This document shows, piece after piece, positions 12,817 to 22,322 of a stretch of 64,000 nucleotides of DNA. Both the position numbers and the translations under genes were made by a program. The notes beneath the pieces were generated by a model. It was not told where the DNA came from. It ran no database searches and saw only the letters and a list, made by a program, of their open reading frames with translations. Positions within the stretch are counted from its first letter, which is position 1, and each line of letters starts with the position of its first letter. Source of the DNA: Bacteroidota bacterium (GTDB lineage: Bacteria > Bacteroidota > Bacteroidia > Bacteroidales > ML635J-15); the NCBI GenBank assembly GCA_029564465.1, contig JAKQPY010000062.1:4230-68229 (forward strand), written 5' to 3'.

Positions 12817-12889
12817 AGCGGGAAACGAGACTCGGACTCGCGACCCCAACCTTGGAAGGGTTGTGCTCTACCAACTGAGCTATTCCCGC
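12817..12889 (-). tRNA. tRNA-Gly (TCC)
   Basis: GCGGGAATAGCTCAGTTGGTAGAGC CAACC-CTTCCAA-GGTTG; T-loop reads TCCGAGT. Confidence 0.93.
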
Positions 12890-12901
12890 TTCTTTATCGT
12901 G

Positions 12902-12984
12902 TGGGGAGAGCAGGATTCGAACCTACGAAGGCGTACGCCAGCAGATTTACAGTCTGCCCCAGTTGGCCACTTTGGTATCTCCCC
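12902..12984 (-). tRNA. tRNA-Tyr (GTA)
   Basis: GCAGA-CTGTAAA-TCTGC anticodon arm, long variable arm, GGTTCGAATCC. Confidence 0.96.
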
Positions 12985-12998
12985 ATATTCTGCTAAGG

Positions 12999-13071
12999 AG
13001 CCAATGGACGGACTCGAACCGCCGACCGGCTGATTACAAATCAGCTGCTCTACCAACTGAGCTACATTGGC
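12999..13071 (-). tRNA. tRNA-Thr (TGT)
   Basis: CTGAT-TTGTAAT-ATCAG-type anticodon arm (GCTGATTTGTAATCAGC), GGTTCGAGTCC. Confidence 0.96.
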
Positions 13072-13131
13072 CTTTTCAGAACAAATATCATACATTTAAA
13101 GAACATTTATGGCAGTCGCCAAAAAGGTCTG

Positions 13132-13162
13132 CAAATGTAGTTATTATTTGTTTATATGCAAA
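13132..13162 (-). promoter_or_regulatory. Bacteroidota housekeeping promoter for tRNA-tuf operon
   Basis: Minus strand TTTG (13159-13162), 19-nt spacer, then TACATTTG (13132-13139); matches the -33/-7 consensus. Confidence 0.75.
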
Positions 13163-13180
13163 TAAATGAAAATATTTTTT

Positions 13181-13489
13181 TTAACTTTTCGAATTTCTCT
13201 GCTTTTCCTTGTATTTACGCAGCTGCCGACGCAATGCCTGGGTGGCACTATCAACAGATTCTTCGAAAGTTTTGCTTTGTTTACGTACAAATATTTCGCT
13301 TACGCCGGGAATTTTTACACGGATTTCGGCGACTTTATTCTCGTTTGTTTCGGAATTTTCGATTCGCAATGTAACATCGGAGTTTAATATTTCTTCGGAA
13401 ACCTGACTGAGTTTTCCAACCTTATTTTCAATAAAATCAAGCAGTTTCTTGTCAGCATCAAAATGCAATGATTGAACATTTACTTTCAT
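13181..13489 (-). CDS. hpf: Ribosome hibernation promoting factor (HPF/RaiA)
   Basis: MKVNVQSLHFDADKKL...FEESVDSATQALRRQLRKYKEK; conserved position after xerC. Confidence 0.93.
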   Translation of the reverse strand: MKVNVQSLHFDADKKLLDFIENKVGKLSQVSEEILNSDVTLRIENSETNENKVAEIRVKIPGVSEIFVRKQSKTFEESVDSATQALRRQLRKYKEKQRNSKS

Positions 13490-13513
13490 GATATTTTTCT
13501 CCTTTCGTTTAAA

Positions 13514-14404
13514 TTATGCCCTGGGATGGGCTTGTTTATATATCTCTTTTAGTTTTTCGAACGAATTATGTGTATAAACCTGCGTAGCAGCCAGATTGGC
13601 ATGCCCCAGCAATTCCTTGATGGCATTCAGATCGGCTCCATTGTTCAGCATATGGGTTGCAAATGTATGCCTGAGTACATGCGGACTTCGCTTGGTGTTG
13701 GTAGAAACCAGCCCCAGATAATAATGCACCTTATGATAAATGAATTTAACATATACCGGCCTGCCTTTGTCGGTAACAAAAAAAATATCATCGTGCGCAA
13801 TGGCAAACTTTTCGTCGGTCTTCTTCACTATATATGCCTGTAAAATATTCTTCAGGTAATTATTAAACGGAATCATGCGTTCTTTATTTCGCTTACCCAG
13901 TACTTTAATCAGCATAGCGCCAAAGTCAATATCTCCATGCTTCAACTGCGCTGCTTCAGAAAGACGCATTCCGGTGTTATACAACATCTCGATAATTGTC
14001 CTGTCTCGGACACCTGCAAAATCATGCGAAAAATAGTCCTCATCATAAAGTTTGCCTGTCTGCGATTGGGTAAGAAAAACAGGAAGTTTTTTATCGGTTT
14101 TTGGAGAACCTATACCCATGCATGGGTTTTTATTAATTTCTCCTTTCCTCAATAAAAACTTATAAAAACTGCGCAGGCTGGTGAGTTTGCGCTGAACCGA
14201 ACGCGAAGTAAGGTGATCGTCACCGGCAAGCGAGGCAATCCAGGCGCGGATTTCTCCCCTTGAGGCAGAACCAGGGCTGCAGCCCGCAAATTCTATTTCG
14301 AGAAATTCCGAAAACTGATATAAATCGTTTCGGTAGGCCGAAATAGTATGCTCTGAGTAACGTTTTTCGAATTGAAGATATTTTAAAAAAGACTCGATGT
14401 GCAT
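13514..14404 (-). CDS. xerC: Tyrosine recombinase XerC
   Basis: YNTGMRLSE, GKRNKER, SPHVLRHTFATH, LLGH, TQVYTH; conserved rpsU-xerC-hpf context. Confidence 0.9.
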   Translation of the reverse strand: MHIESFLKYLQFEKRYSEHTISAYRNDLYQFSEFLEIEFAGCSPGSASRGEIRAWIASLAGDDHLTSRSVQRKLTSLRSFYKFLLRKGEINKNPCMGIGSPKTDKKLPVFLTQSQTGKLYDEDYFSHDFAGVRDRTIIEMLYNTGMRLSEAAQLKHGDIDFGAMLIKVLGKRNKERMIPFNNYLKNILQAYIVKKTDEKFAIAHDDIFFVTDKGRPVYVKFIYHKVHYYLGLVSTNTKRSPHVLRHTFATHMLNNGADLNAIKELLGHANLAATQVYTHNSFEKLKEIYKQAHPRA

Positions 14405-14434
14405 TGTAAAAATTCAACGTCGATGTATTGTACG

Positions 14435-14469
14435 AAAAAAGCCTTTGTATTGTTTCAGAAAATACAAAG
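14435..14469 (-). terminator. Putative intrinsic terminator after rpsU
   Basis: CTTTGTATT / AATACAAAG stem (14443-14469) followed on minus strand by GCTTTTTT. Confidence 0.55.
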
Positions 14470-14494
14470 ACCTAAAAACAGTTATAGTTGGGGG

Positions 14495-14686
14495 CTACTG
14501 CTCTTCCTGCTGCAATTGCTGAATATAAATTGCTTTCAGTTTTTGCTGACGTTTTTCAACAGAAGGTTTTGTAAAAGCCTGACGGTAGCGCATTTCTTTA
14601 ACAACACCGGTTTTTTCGAATTTACGTTTAAAGCGTTTCAAGGCTTTGTCGATGTTTTCACCTTCTTTTACGGGTATAATAATCAT
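14495..14686 (-). CDS. rpsU: 30S ribosomal protein bS21
   Basis: VKEGENIDKALKRFKRK...FTKPSVEKR. Confidence 0.98.
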   Translation of the reverse strand: MIIIPVKEGENIDKALKRFKRKFEKTGVVKEMRYRQAFTKPSVEKRQQKLKAIYIQQLQQEEQ

Positions 14687-14718
14687 ATCTGCAACTAAGT
14701 TTTAATAATATCGGGCTG

Positions 14719-14748
14719 CAAAAATAGAGTTTATTTTCGAAGTTCAAA
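14719..14748 (-). promoter_or_regulatory. rpsU promoter (-33/-7)
   Basis: Minus strand TTTG (14745-14748), 18-nt spacer, TATTTTTG (14719-14726). Confidence 0.6.
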
Positions 14749-14824
14749 ATATTATTTACGAAAAATAAATTTAGTCTGTTTTCATTAATACATTGAATCT
14801 CATGAATATTTCTTTTCATAATAG

Positions 14825-14832
14825 TATATTTG
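14825..14832 (+). promoter_or_regulatory. glmM -7 promoter element
   Basis: TATATTTG 28 nt upstream of ATG. Confidence 0.55.
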
Positions 14833-14860
14833 CGTTGAATTTACATCAATTCATTTATTC

Positions 14861-16252
14861 ATGACATTAATTAAATCGATATCTGGCATCAGAGGCACCA
14901 TCGGCGGCGCCGAGGGGCAAGGTCTTACTCCGGTTGACATTTGCAGGTTTTCGGCAGCTTACAGTTCCTGGTTACGAACACAGAATGCCAATAAGAAACA
15001 GACTATTATTGTTGGGCGTGATGCGCGTATTTCGGGGCCTGTTGTACGCGACTTGGTTTGCAATACACTGCTGGCAATGGGCAACGATGTTATTGATATC
15101 GGACTGGCTACCACCCCAACCACCGAAATGGCTGTTATACTCGAAAAGGCTGATGGAGGAATAATAATCACGGCCAGTCACAATCCCCGCAACTGGAATG
15201 CGTTGAAACTCCTGAATTCGAATGGGGAATTTCTGAATGCTGAAGAAGGAAGCAAGATACTCGAAATAGCTGAAAACAGGTTGTACCAGTTTGTGGAAAC
15301 CGACTTAATCGGGAAACTATATTATATTGAGTCATACGAATTTTTTCACATCCGTGAAATTCTTAAACTTAAGCTGGTTAACACCGATGCAATTAGAAAT
15401 GCAGGATTCAGGGTGGCTATCGACTGCGTGAATTCAGTTGGTGGAATTGTGCTGCCAAAGCTTCTTCGGGCTCTTGGTGTTACCGATATTGTTCCTTTAC
15501 ACTGTCATCCCGACGGCGAGTTTCCACACAACCCGGAACCTTTACCTGAAAACCTGACCGAAATCTCGGAAAAAGTAAAATCATCGGGTGCCCACGTCGG
15601 GTTTGTTGTTGACCCGGATGTTGATCGACTGGCCATTGTTTGTGAAGACGGAAGTATGTTTGGTGAAGAATATACCTTGGTATCGGTAGCTGACTATATA
15701 ATGAGTCGTACACCCGGTAACACGGTGAGCAATATGTCATCAACACGGGCACTACGCGACATTACCGAAGCGCAAGGTAATACTTATACAGCTGCAGCAG
15801 TAGGCGAAGTCAACGTAGTTGCTGCTATGAAAGCCACTCAGGCAGTTATTGGAGGCGAAGGCAATGGAGGAATCATTTACCCCGAACTTCATTATGGCAG
15901 GGATGCTCTGGTTGGAATCGCACTGTTTTTGAGTGCTCTTGCCGAAAAAGCCTGCCCAGTAAGCAGCCTGCGCGATTCTTTCCCAAACTATATTATATCG
16001 AAAAATAAAATAGAGCTTACTCCAGATATAAATGTCGATTTGGTTCTCGAAGGCATTTGCAAATTATACAGCCACGAGAAAATCAACACAACCGATGGCG
16101 TTAAAATTGACTTCTCCGATTCATGGGTGCATCTGCGAAAATCGAATACGGAACCGATAATCCGAATTTATGCCGAAGCTAATGATGCAATCAAGGCAAC
16201 AGCAATTTCACAAAAAATAATATCTGAGATTCGACAGATTTGTTCCCGCTAA
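14861..16252 (+). CDS. glmM: Phosphoglucosamine mutase
   Basis: TASHNP phosphoserine loop, DPDVDR metal loop, GGEGNGG, RKSNTEP; Bacteroidota MTLIKSISGIRG start. Confidence 0.9.
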   Translation: MTLIKSISGIRGTIGGAEGQGLTPVDICRFSAAYSSWLRTQNANKKQTIIVGRDARISGPVVRDLVCNTLLAMGNDVIDIGLATTPTTEMAVILEKADGGIIITASHNPRNWNALKLLNSNGEFLNAEEGSKILEIAENRLYQFVETDLIGKLYYIESYEFFHIREILKLKLVNTDAIRNAGFRVAIDCVNSVGGIVLPKLLRALGVTDIVPLHCHPDGEFPHNPEPLPENLTEISEKVKSSGAHVGFVVDPDVDRLAIVCEDGSMFGEEYTLVSVADYIMSRTPGNTVSNMSSTRALRDITEAQGNTYTAAAVGEVNVVAAMKATQAVIGGEGNGGIIYPELHYGRDALVGIALFLSALAEKACPVSSLRDSFPNYIISKNKIELTPDINVDLVLEGICKLYSHEKINTTDGVKIDFSDSWVHLRKSNTEPIIRIYAEANDAIKATAISQKIISEIRQICSR

Positions 16253-17244
16253 ACCTGCCTGCGTCGGTATAGCACATAGCAGTTCCCGTTGTCGGAAGCA
16301 ATCCATACTTCACCCGAAGGTGTCATGCAAATGCTGTTCAGATTCTCGCTTCCAAACACATCGACCGACAGCCAGGTAAGCCCTTTGTCACGACTTACAA
16401 ACAGGGATCCGGATTCACCGCAAATATATGCGTCGGTTTCCGAAAAGTACAAATCACGTAAACTGGATTCACCAAAATCAAGCATTTGATTCCAGGAACT
16501 TCCGTCATCATCGGAATACAGTAGTTTTCCATAGCGACCCAATACCCAGAGTCTAGCATCAAAATACTCAAGGTCGTAAAAGTATTCGTTATTCAAATCC
16601 AGATAATTATAGGTATAACCACCGTCTTCGGTTTTCAACACAACGCCATAACCGGCAAAGTAACCGACCTCTTCTGAAATAAAAACCACATCCCGCATTT
16701 CGTTGTCGAACCACTGATGATACCAGGAACTGTGCCCCGGGCGACTAAAGGAAGACAAACCCTTGTAATAGTTTTCACCCCCTGCGGCAAAGATTCTGGT
16801 GGAGTCGAAAACATAAAGATTATTGTAGGGTACAATATATTCTTCGAAGGGGAAATTGGGTAATCCATATTCGCTCCAGGTCAAACCGCCATCGCTGGTT
16901 TTCAGTATTAATAAACTGTCGCCGCATGCAAATCCGCAAGTAGGGCTGCAAAAGTAAATGTCGTTAATACTGTAGTGCTGATTCGAATAACTCTTTACCC
17001 AGGATTCTCCCCCGTCTGTGGTACGGAAAATAGCACCATATTCGTTTTTGGTTCCACCGGCTGCAATAATCACACTATCGCTCAGTGCAACAATTTTGTC
17101 AATATTAAACCTTTCGGGTAAGCTTATATGGGTTACCGCCGGCAATACCTGCACAGGTTGAATTTTTCTACAGGAATAAAAAACTGAAATAACTACCACA
17201 ATAGCAATAATAATACAATATCGCGGGATCAGAGTTACTCTCAT
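16249..17244 (-). CDS. Ycf48/BNR-repeat beta-propeller lipoprotein
   Basis: Repeated Asp-box motifs (TTDGGESW, TSDGGLTW, TEDGGYTY, SDDDGSSW, SRDKGLTW). Lipobox-like FYSC after hydrophobic stretch. Start taken as ATG at 17244. Confidence 0.75.
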   Translation of the reverse strand: MRVTLIPRYCIIIAIVVVISVFYSCRKIQPVQVLPAVTHISLPERFNIDKIVALSDSVIIAAGGTKNEYGAIFRTTDGGESWVKSYSNQHYSINDIYFCSPTCGFACGDSLLILKTSDGGLTWSEYGLPNFPFEEYIVPYNNLYVFDSTRIFAAGGENYYKGLSSFSRPGHSSWYHQWFDNEMRDVVFISEEVGYFAGYGVVLKTEDGGYTYNYLDLNNEYFYDLEYFDARLWVLGRYGKLLYSDDDGSSWNQMLDFGESSLRDLYFSETDAYICGESGSLFVSRDKGLTWLSVDVFGSENLNSICMTPSGEVWIASDNGNCYVLYRRRQV

Positions 17245-17246
17245 AA

Positions 17247-17999
17247 TTACTCGGGTTTGATGAGTTGCCAAAAACCATAGTCGAGTTCTGATTCTGAAAT
17301 ATTTTCCAGATCATCATCAAGTAGGTAAAACAGGTTTAACTGAAGTAAGTTTTCGAGGCTGTCGACACTAACCGCATATTTGGAATAGGTGTTTCCCAAA
17401 CCCTCTGCATTCGGGATAATAAATCCGGCGGTTTTACAAATGGTATCGTTGCATACCAGCACAGCTTTAAAATAAAATTCGGGCACTGAAACCTTGTTTT
17501 CGCCAATATAGGGCAAACCATCGCGTAACACCGGGCCCGTAATCACAAAAACCCTTTCGTATTGTTCAACCCATTTACGGACTTTAAACTCAAGCCCCCT
17601 CCAGATACCCCTGTTAAAACCAGGAAGTTGCGGAGACACATTACTCAAATAGAAGCTTTCCTGCTGTGCAATCGGATCAAATGCCATATCGCGCGATGGA
17701 GCCAAATGTCCCTTATCGTAACCGGAACCTGCATAATCGTCATTATCGGCCGAAATGGTCGAAATCAGCGGATCTGTCCTGAACGAAGTAGCTCTTTCGG
17801 CTGTAAGGGGCAATTCGTTTATTGTAAATTCATAAGCAACCCAGCGTGCCTGTTCGTGTGGCTCGCTGTATTGTAAACAATAATGTGTATGACAAATAAC
17901 TGTATCAACCGACGAAGTTTCGGGCATTTCGTAATGCTTAACCTGTTCGCCGCCGGAAGCAAATAAAATAAGAAAGTAAATGAAGGCAGTCCAAACCAT
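17247..17999 (-). CDS. Exported DNA/RNA non-specific endonuclease (NucA/EndoG family)
   Basis: GYDKGHLAP (DRGH-type), ESFYLSNVSPQ, FNRGIW..LE, VPEFYFK; hydrophobic N-terminus. Confidence 0.9.
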   Translation of the reverse strand: MVWTAFIYFLILFASGGEQVKHYEMPETSSVDTVICHTHYCLQYSEPHEQARWVAYEFTINELPLTAERATSFRTDPLISTISADNDDYAGSGYDKGHLAPSRDMAFDPIAQQESFYLSNVSPQLPGFNRGIWRGLEFKVRKWVEQYERVFVITGPVLRDGLPYIGENKVSVPEFYFKAVLVCNDTICKTAGFIIPNAEGLGNTYSKYAVSVDSLENLLQLNLFYLLDDDLENISESELDYGFWQLIKPE

Positions 18000-18000
18000 A

Positions 18001-19098
18001 CTATTTTTTCCTTCCTAATGTAACCACAACCGGGTAGTGATCGGAATAGTCCTGTTCACAAACATCGTGCCCGGTACAAACCAGGTCTTTGCTAAACAAC
18101 ACATAGTCGATTCGCTGCTTAATACCCGAATACTTCCATGTATTCCCAAAACCACGGCCCTGTGCCGAAAACGAATCACGCAAGCCTTTAGAGATAATCC
18201 GGTAAGAATACGAAAAAGGAATATCGTTGAAATCGCCACAGACAACAATACTATAATGACAGCTATCGATATGTTCCCGAAGAATTTTGGCCTGTTCACT
18301 GCGCTTACGCGAGGCCTTCAACACCTTCTTTATAATGCTTTTGTATGGTCTCATGTCGCTTTCGGGCATCATATCGTTTTCAAATTCCTGCAGGTCAGCA
18401 TAATTCTCCTCATCAAAATACAGCGATTGCAGGTGACAATTGTAAATCCTTATGGTATCACCTTCCAAAATCACATCGGTAAAAATGAACAGGTTATTGG
18501 TTTTTTTAAATTCCACGGTTCCTTTGTTGACAATGGGAAACTTGCTGAATGTAGCAATACCGAAATTCTGTTTTCGTTTGGCAGAAGTAGCCGAAAATGC
18601 CTGATAATAGTGCTTTGTTCCCAGAATACGGGTAAGCGAATCGGTAGTGGGGAAATAGGAGCCGGGAGCGTAGAAATACTCCTGAAAGCAGGCTACATCC
18701 GGCTTCTCAGACTCTAAAAAACGAAATATTTCATTCTTAATTTTATCATTATTCTCCCAGTTGTATAACCCAAACAGATGAACATTGTAGGTAATTATTT
18801 TAAACTCACCTTCGCATTCAGGGGTTGCACTGAAAAAATTGCGGATTGGTATTAGTGCATTGATATGAGCAAGACCAACTATTACCAGTGGGATGGCAAA
18901 CCATAGAAATTTGCGCTTCAGTAAAGCCCAGACCAGCACGAATAAAACATTCAGTAATAAAATCAGTGGAAACACATACCCCAACGGGACAAACCACACA
19001 CACCGCGACGGATCAATATATACACCTATATATAATGCAAGCAACGGGAGTGCCACAACAATATGAAGAATCAGTAATAACCTAACAAGTAACTTCAT
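18001..19098 (-). CDS. Membrane-anchored endonuclease/exonuclease/phosphatase (EEP) family protein
   Basis: N-terminal TM helices; TYNVH, CFQE, GDFND, RIDY, SDHYPV motifs. Confidence 0.9.
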   Translation of the reverse strand: MKLLVRLLLILHIVVALPLLALYIGVYIDPSRCVWFVPLGYVFPLILLLNVLFVLVWALLKRKFLWFAIPLVIVGLAHINALIPIRNFFSATPECEGEFKIITYNVHLFGLYNWENNDKIKNEIFRFLESEKPDVACFQEYFYAPGSYFPTTDSLTRILGTKHYYQAFSATSAKRKQNFGIATFSKFPIVNKGTVEFKKTNNLFIFTDVILEGDTIRIYNCHLQSLYFDEENYADLQEFENDMMPESDMRPYKSIIKKVLKASRKRSEQAKILREHIDSCHYSIVVCGDFNDIPFSYSYRIISKGLRDSFSAQGRGFGNTWKYSGIKQRIDYVLFSKDLVCTGHDVCEQDYSDHYPVVVTLGRKK

Positions 19099-19294
19099 AA
19101 AACAGTTTTCGGAACAAAAATACAGAATTAAAACAATACAGAATATACGATATCAAGATGTTTTCAATAACGAGATGTAAGTTTATAATCGGTTCAAAAT
19201 AAATTGGCAAAAAAATTGATAAATGCTTGTTTCCTTTTAAAATTGGTGAGGGGTTTTAATTTTTATTAATTTTGTCAAATAAATTCTGAATGTT

Positions 19295-19963
19295 ATGAAA
19301 AATTTCATGAAAATCGTTGTTGCAGCTCTTCTGCTGTCATTTGTTTCGATGCAGGTTTTTTCACAAACTACCAAGGTGTTGATAAAGACAAGTATGGGTG
19401 ATATTACAGTGGTGTTGTATGATGACACGCCGAAGCATCGTGATAATTTCATTAAGCTAGTAACTGACTCGTATTATGATGGCGTGTTGTTTCACCGGGT
19501 CATCAAGCAGTTCATGATTCAGGCAGGTGACCCCGATTCTAAAAATGCAAAACCGGGACAAATGTTGGGCAATGGTGGCCCCGATTACACCATCGAAGCT
19601 GAGTTCAACCCGAAATACTTTCATAAAAAGGGTGCATTGGCTGCAGCTCGTACCGGCGATAATGTAAACCCACAAAAACGCAGCAGCGGAAGTCAGTTTT
19701 ACATTGTTCAGGGTCAGGTTCTCACCGATATGCAAATCGACAGTTACGAAAAAAAGATGGGCGTTTCTTTTAGCAAGGAGCAACGCGATGCATACTGCAC
19801 TGTGGGTGGTGCCCCGCATCTCGATGGTGCATATACTGTTTTTGGCGAAGTGGTTTCCGGAATGGATGTAATTGATAAAATTGCTGCTGTTGCAACCAAT
19901 CAGGCCAACAGACCACTGGAAGATGTAAAGGTAATTTCGATGACCATTATTAAAGATAATTAA
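19295..19963 (+). CDS. Exported cyclophilin-type peptidyl-prolyl isomerase
   Basis: FHRVIKQFMIQAGDP, SSGSQFYIV, HLDGAYTVFGEV; signal peptide; TAATTTTG at 19267. Confidence 0.95.
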   Translation: MKNFMKIVVAALLLSFVSMQVFSQTTKVLIKTSMGDITVVLYDDTPKHRDNFIKLVTDSYYDGVLFHRVIKQFMIQAGDPDSKNAKPGQMLGNGGPDYTIEAEFNPKYFHKKGALAAARTGDNVNPQKRSSGSQFYIVQGQVLTDMQIDSYEKKMGVSFSKEQRDAYCTVGGAPHLDGAYTVFGEVVSGMDVIDKIAAVATNQANRPLEDVKVISMTIIKDN

Positions 19964-19985
19964 ACCTTAAAATACAAATACAATT

Positions 19986-20270
19986 ATGGCAAGCAAAAAA
20001 GACCTGAAGCAGGACATCAACCGCCTGGTAAACGAACTCGTAGCCGATTGCCTTCAATATATGAAATCGCATCCCGGCAAATCGGAATCCGAAATTGCCG
20101 GCATTATCAGCGAAGCACTGAAATTAAGAAAAGACCTGATACATACCATCAATCACATTGATGCATCCGACGAAGGGAAATCAGTGAAAAGTCAATACAA
20201 TACTGCCATCTGCCTGTTAATCGAAAAAGTTGATGCAGGCTATAAATCGCTGAGCAAACTGGCGCATTGA
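19986..20270 (+). CDS. Small conserved hypothetical helical protein
   Basis: 94 aa, MASKKDLKQDIN...ELVADC N-terminus recalled from Bacteroidales hypotheticals; fills gap in operon. Confidence 0.75.
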   Translation: MASKKDLKQDINRLVNELVADCLQYMKSHPGKSESEIAGIISEALKLRKDLIHTINHIDASDEGKSVKSQYNTAICLLIEKVDAGYKSLSKLAH

Positions 20271-20989
20271 TGCAGAAAATTTTTGTTTTTGACGACATCG
20301 GTAAAGTAGTAATCACAAAAAAGAGCGGCCTGAGGTCGCTGCGTTTACATGTACATCCGGCTAAAGGTGTTACTATGAGTATACCCTGGCATGTGGGATT
20401 TAATGAAGCGCTTACATTTCTTGATTCGAAAAAAAGCTGGGTTGTAAACAAGTTAAACAACTTTGAAAATCAACAATTTAAGGATTTTTTTGTAGGAGAT
20501 GGATATACTTTTTCGAATGTGATGATTCAAATAGATTATCGAAATACGAAAAAGCTAAGTGCAAAATATACTGAAAATAAATTGCTGATAGTCTTGCCCG
20601 AAAACACAGATTACAAATCGGAACAAATTCAGGCTTTTATTAAGAAAGCCTGCGCAATGGCATTAAAAAATAAGGCAACCGGAGTTTTGCCCGATAAAGT
20701 AACCATCGCTGCACAAAAGCATGGATTCCGGCATGGAAATATCCGCATTGGGAACAGTCGCACACGCTGGGGAAGCTGCCGAAGCGACAACCGCATTACG
20801 TTTTCGTGCTTTCTGATGTTGTTGCCCGAGGAATTGATTGATTTTGTGATTATTCACGAGTTATGCCATACCGTTCATAAAAATCACGGCGACTCGTTTC
20901 ATCAATTGGTCAACACCCTTTGCTCGGGACGTGAAAAAGAACTTTCGAAAAAACTGAAGGAAGCGCGACACCCACTGATGCAAGCTTAA
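20267..20989 (+). CDS. YgjP/DUF45 (M48-like, SprT-like) metal-dependent hydrolase
   Basis: RWGSC and IIHELCH..HKNH motifs. Confidence 0.88.
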   Translation: MMQKIFVFDDIGKVVITKKSGLRSLRLHVHPAKGVTMSIPWHVGFNEALTFLDSKKSWVVNKLNNFENQQFKDFFVGDGYTFSNVMIQIDYRNTKKLSAKYTENKLLIVLPENTDYKSEQIQAFIKKACAMALKNKATGVLPDKVTIAAQKHGFRHGNIRIGNSRTRWGSCRSDNRITFSCFLMLLPEELIDFVIIHELCHTVHKNHGDSFHQLVNTLCSGREKELSKKLKEARHPLMQA

Positions 20990-21003
20990 GCAACCTAACA
21001 TTT

Positions 21004-22314
21004 ATGAATAAAAAAGTATATATCGAAACATACGGTTGTCAGATGAATGTTGCCGACAGTGAAACTGTGGCATCGATTATGGCCGGACAACAATATGAAT
21101 ATTGCGATAACATTACCGATGCCGATATAATTCTGATTAATACCTGCTCGGTGCGTGACCATGCTGAGCAAAGAATCTGGAACCGGCTCGATCACATAAA
21201 AGGACTAAAGCGTAAGAAAAAACATCTGATAACCGGCATTATGGGGTGCATGGCCCAACGCATTGGGGACAAATTGCTGGAGCACACAGCCGTTAACTTT
21301 GTGGCCGGCCCCGATGCGTATAAGAAAATTCCATTGTTGGTTGAACAGGCAACCGAAGGATTAAAACAAGGAGATACTGAATTCGACCCTGAAGAAACCT
21401 ATCACGACATTATTCCAAAGCGCGCAACCGGCAACCAAATAACCGGATTTATCAGTATCACCAGGGGATGCAACAATTTTTGCAGTTACTGTATTGTGCC
21501 TTACACCCGAGGAAGAGAACGAAGCCGCGATATTACCGATATACTTAACGAAGTCAGCGATTTACAAAAAAACGGGTTTAAGGAAATTTGTCTGTTGGGG
21601 CAAAACGTAAATAGTTATTCCTCAGGTGACGACGGTTTTCCGGAACTGATTGACCGGATTGCCCTGTTTGCTCCCGAAATGCGTATCAGATTTACTACTT
21701 CGCATCCAAAAGATCTGAGCGACGATTTGCTTAAGGCGATGGCACGGCATCGCAACGTATGCAATCACATTCACCTTCCGGTTCAATCAGGCAGTAATAT
21801 TATTTTAAAAAAAATGAACCGGGCTTATACACGCGAGTGGTATCTTTCGCGTATTGAGGCTATCAGGGCCTACTTACCGGGCTGCGGAATCAGCACAGAT
21901 GTTTTTTGCGGTTTCTGTGGTGAAACCGAAGAGGACTTTGAACAAACATTGTCAATAATGCAACAGTCAGCCTTCGATTCGGCTTTTATGTTTAAATATT
22001 CCGAACGACCGGGTACCCATGCCGCAAAACATTATGCAGACGATGTTCCTGAAAATGTTAAAATTATCCGTCTCAACCGAATGATAGCACTACAAAACAA
22101 ACTTTCGCTGCAAAGCAACCGCAATGATGTCGGGAAAGTATTCGAGGTGTTGGCCGAGAATTATTCGAAGCGATCGAAAGAACATCTAAACGGCAGAACC
22201 GAAACCAACAAAACCGTGGTGTTTCCAAAAGAAAATTATGGCCCCGGCGATATAGTACGTGTTCAAATTACCGAAGCATCTTCGGCAACATTAAAAGGCA
22301 ATATCATTCAATAA
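21004..22314 (+). CDS. miaB: tRNA-2-methylthio-N6-isopentenyladenosine synthase
   Basis: TYGCQMN, NTCSVR, CNNFCSYC radical SAM motif, C-terminal TRAM domain. Confidence 0.96.
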   Translation: MNKKVYIETYGCQMNVADSETVASIMAGQQYEYCDNITDADIILINTCSVRDHAEQRIWNRLDHIKGLKRKKKHLITGIMGCMAQRIGDKLLEHTAVNFVAGPDAYKKIPLLVEQATEGLKQGDTEFDPEETYHDIIPKRATGNQITGFISITRGCNNFCSYCIVPYTRGRERSRDITDILNEVSDLQKNGFKEICLLGQNVNSYSSGDDGFPELIDRIALFAPEMRIRFTTSHPKDLSDDLLKAMARHRNVCNHIHLPVQSGSNIILKKMNRAYTREWYLSRIEAIRAYLPGCGISTDVFCGFCGETEEDFEQTLSIMQQSAFDSAFMFKYSERPGTHAAKHYADDVPENVKIIRLNRMIALQNKLSLQSNRNDVGKVFEVLAENYSKRSKEHLNGRTETNKTVVFPKENYGPGDIVRVQITEASSATLKGNIIQ

Positions 22315-22322
22315 ATACCGAT

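Noticed and set aside
13514-14404. Tyrosine recombinase near a tRNA cluster as a prophage/ICE integrase
   Set aside because: Size and motifs fit XerC, it sits in the conserved rpsU-xerC-hpf context, and I saw no att-like tRNA duplication or phage genes
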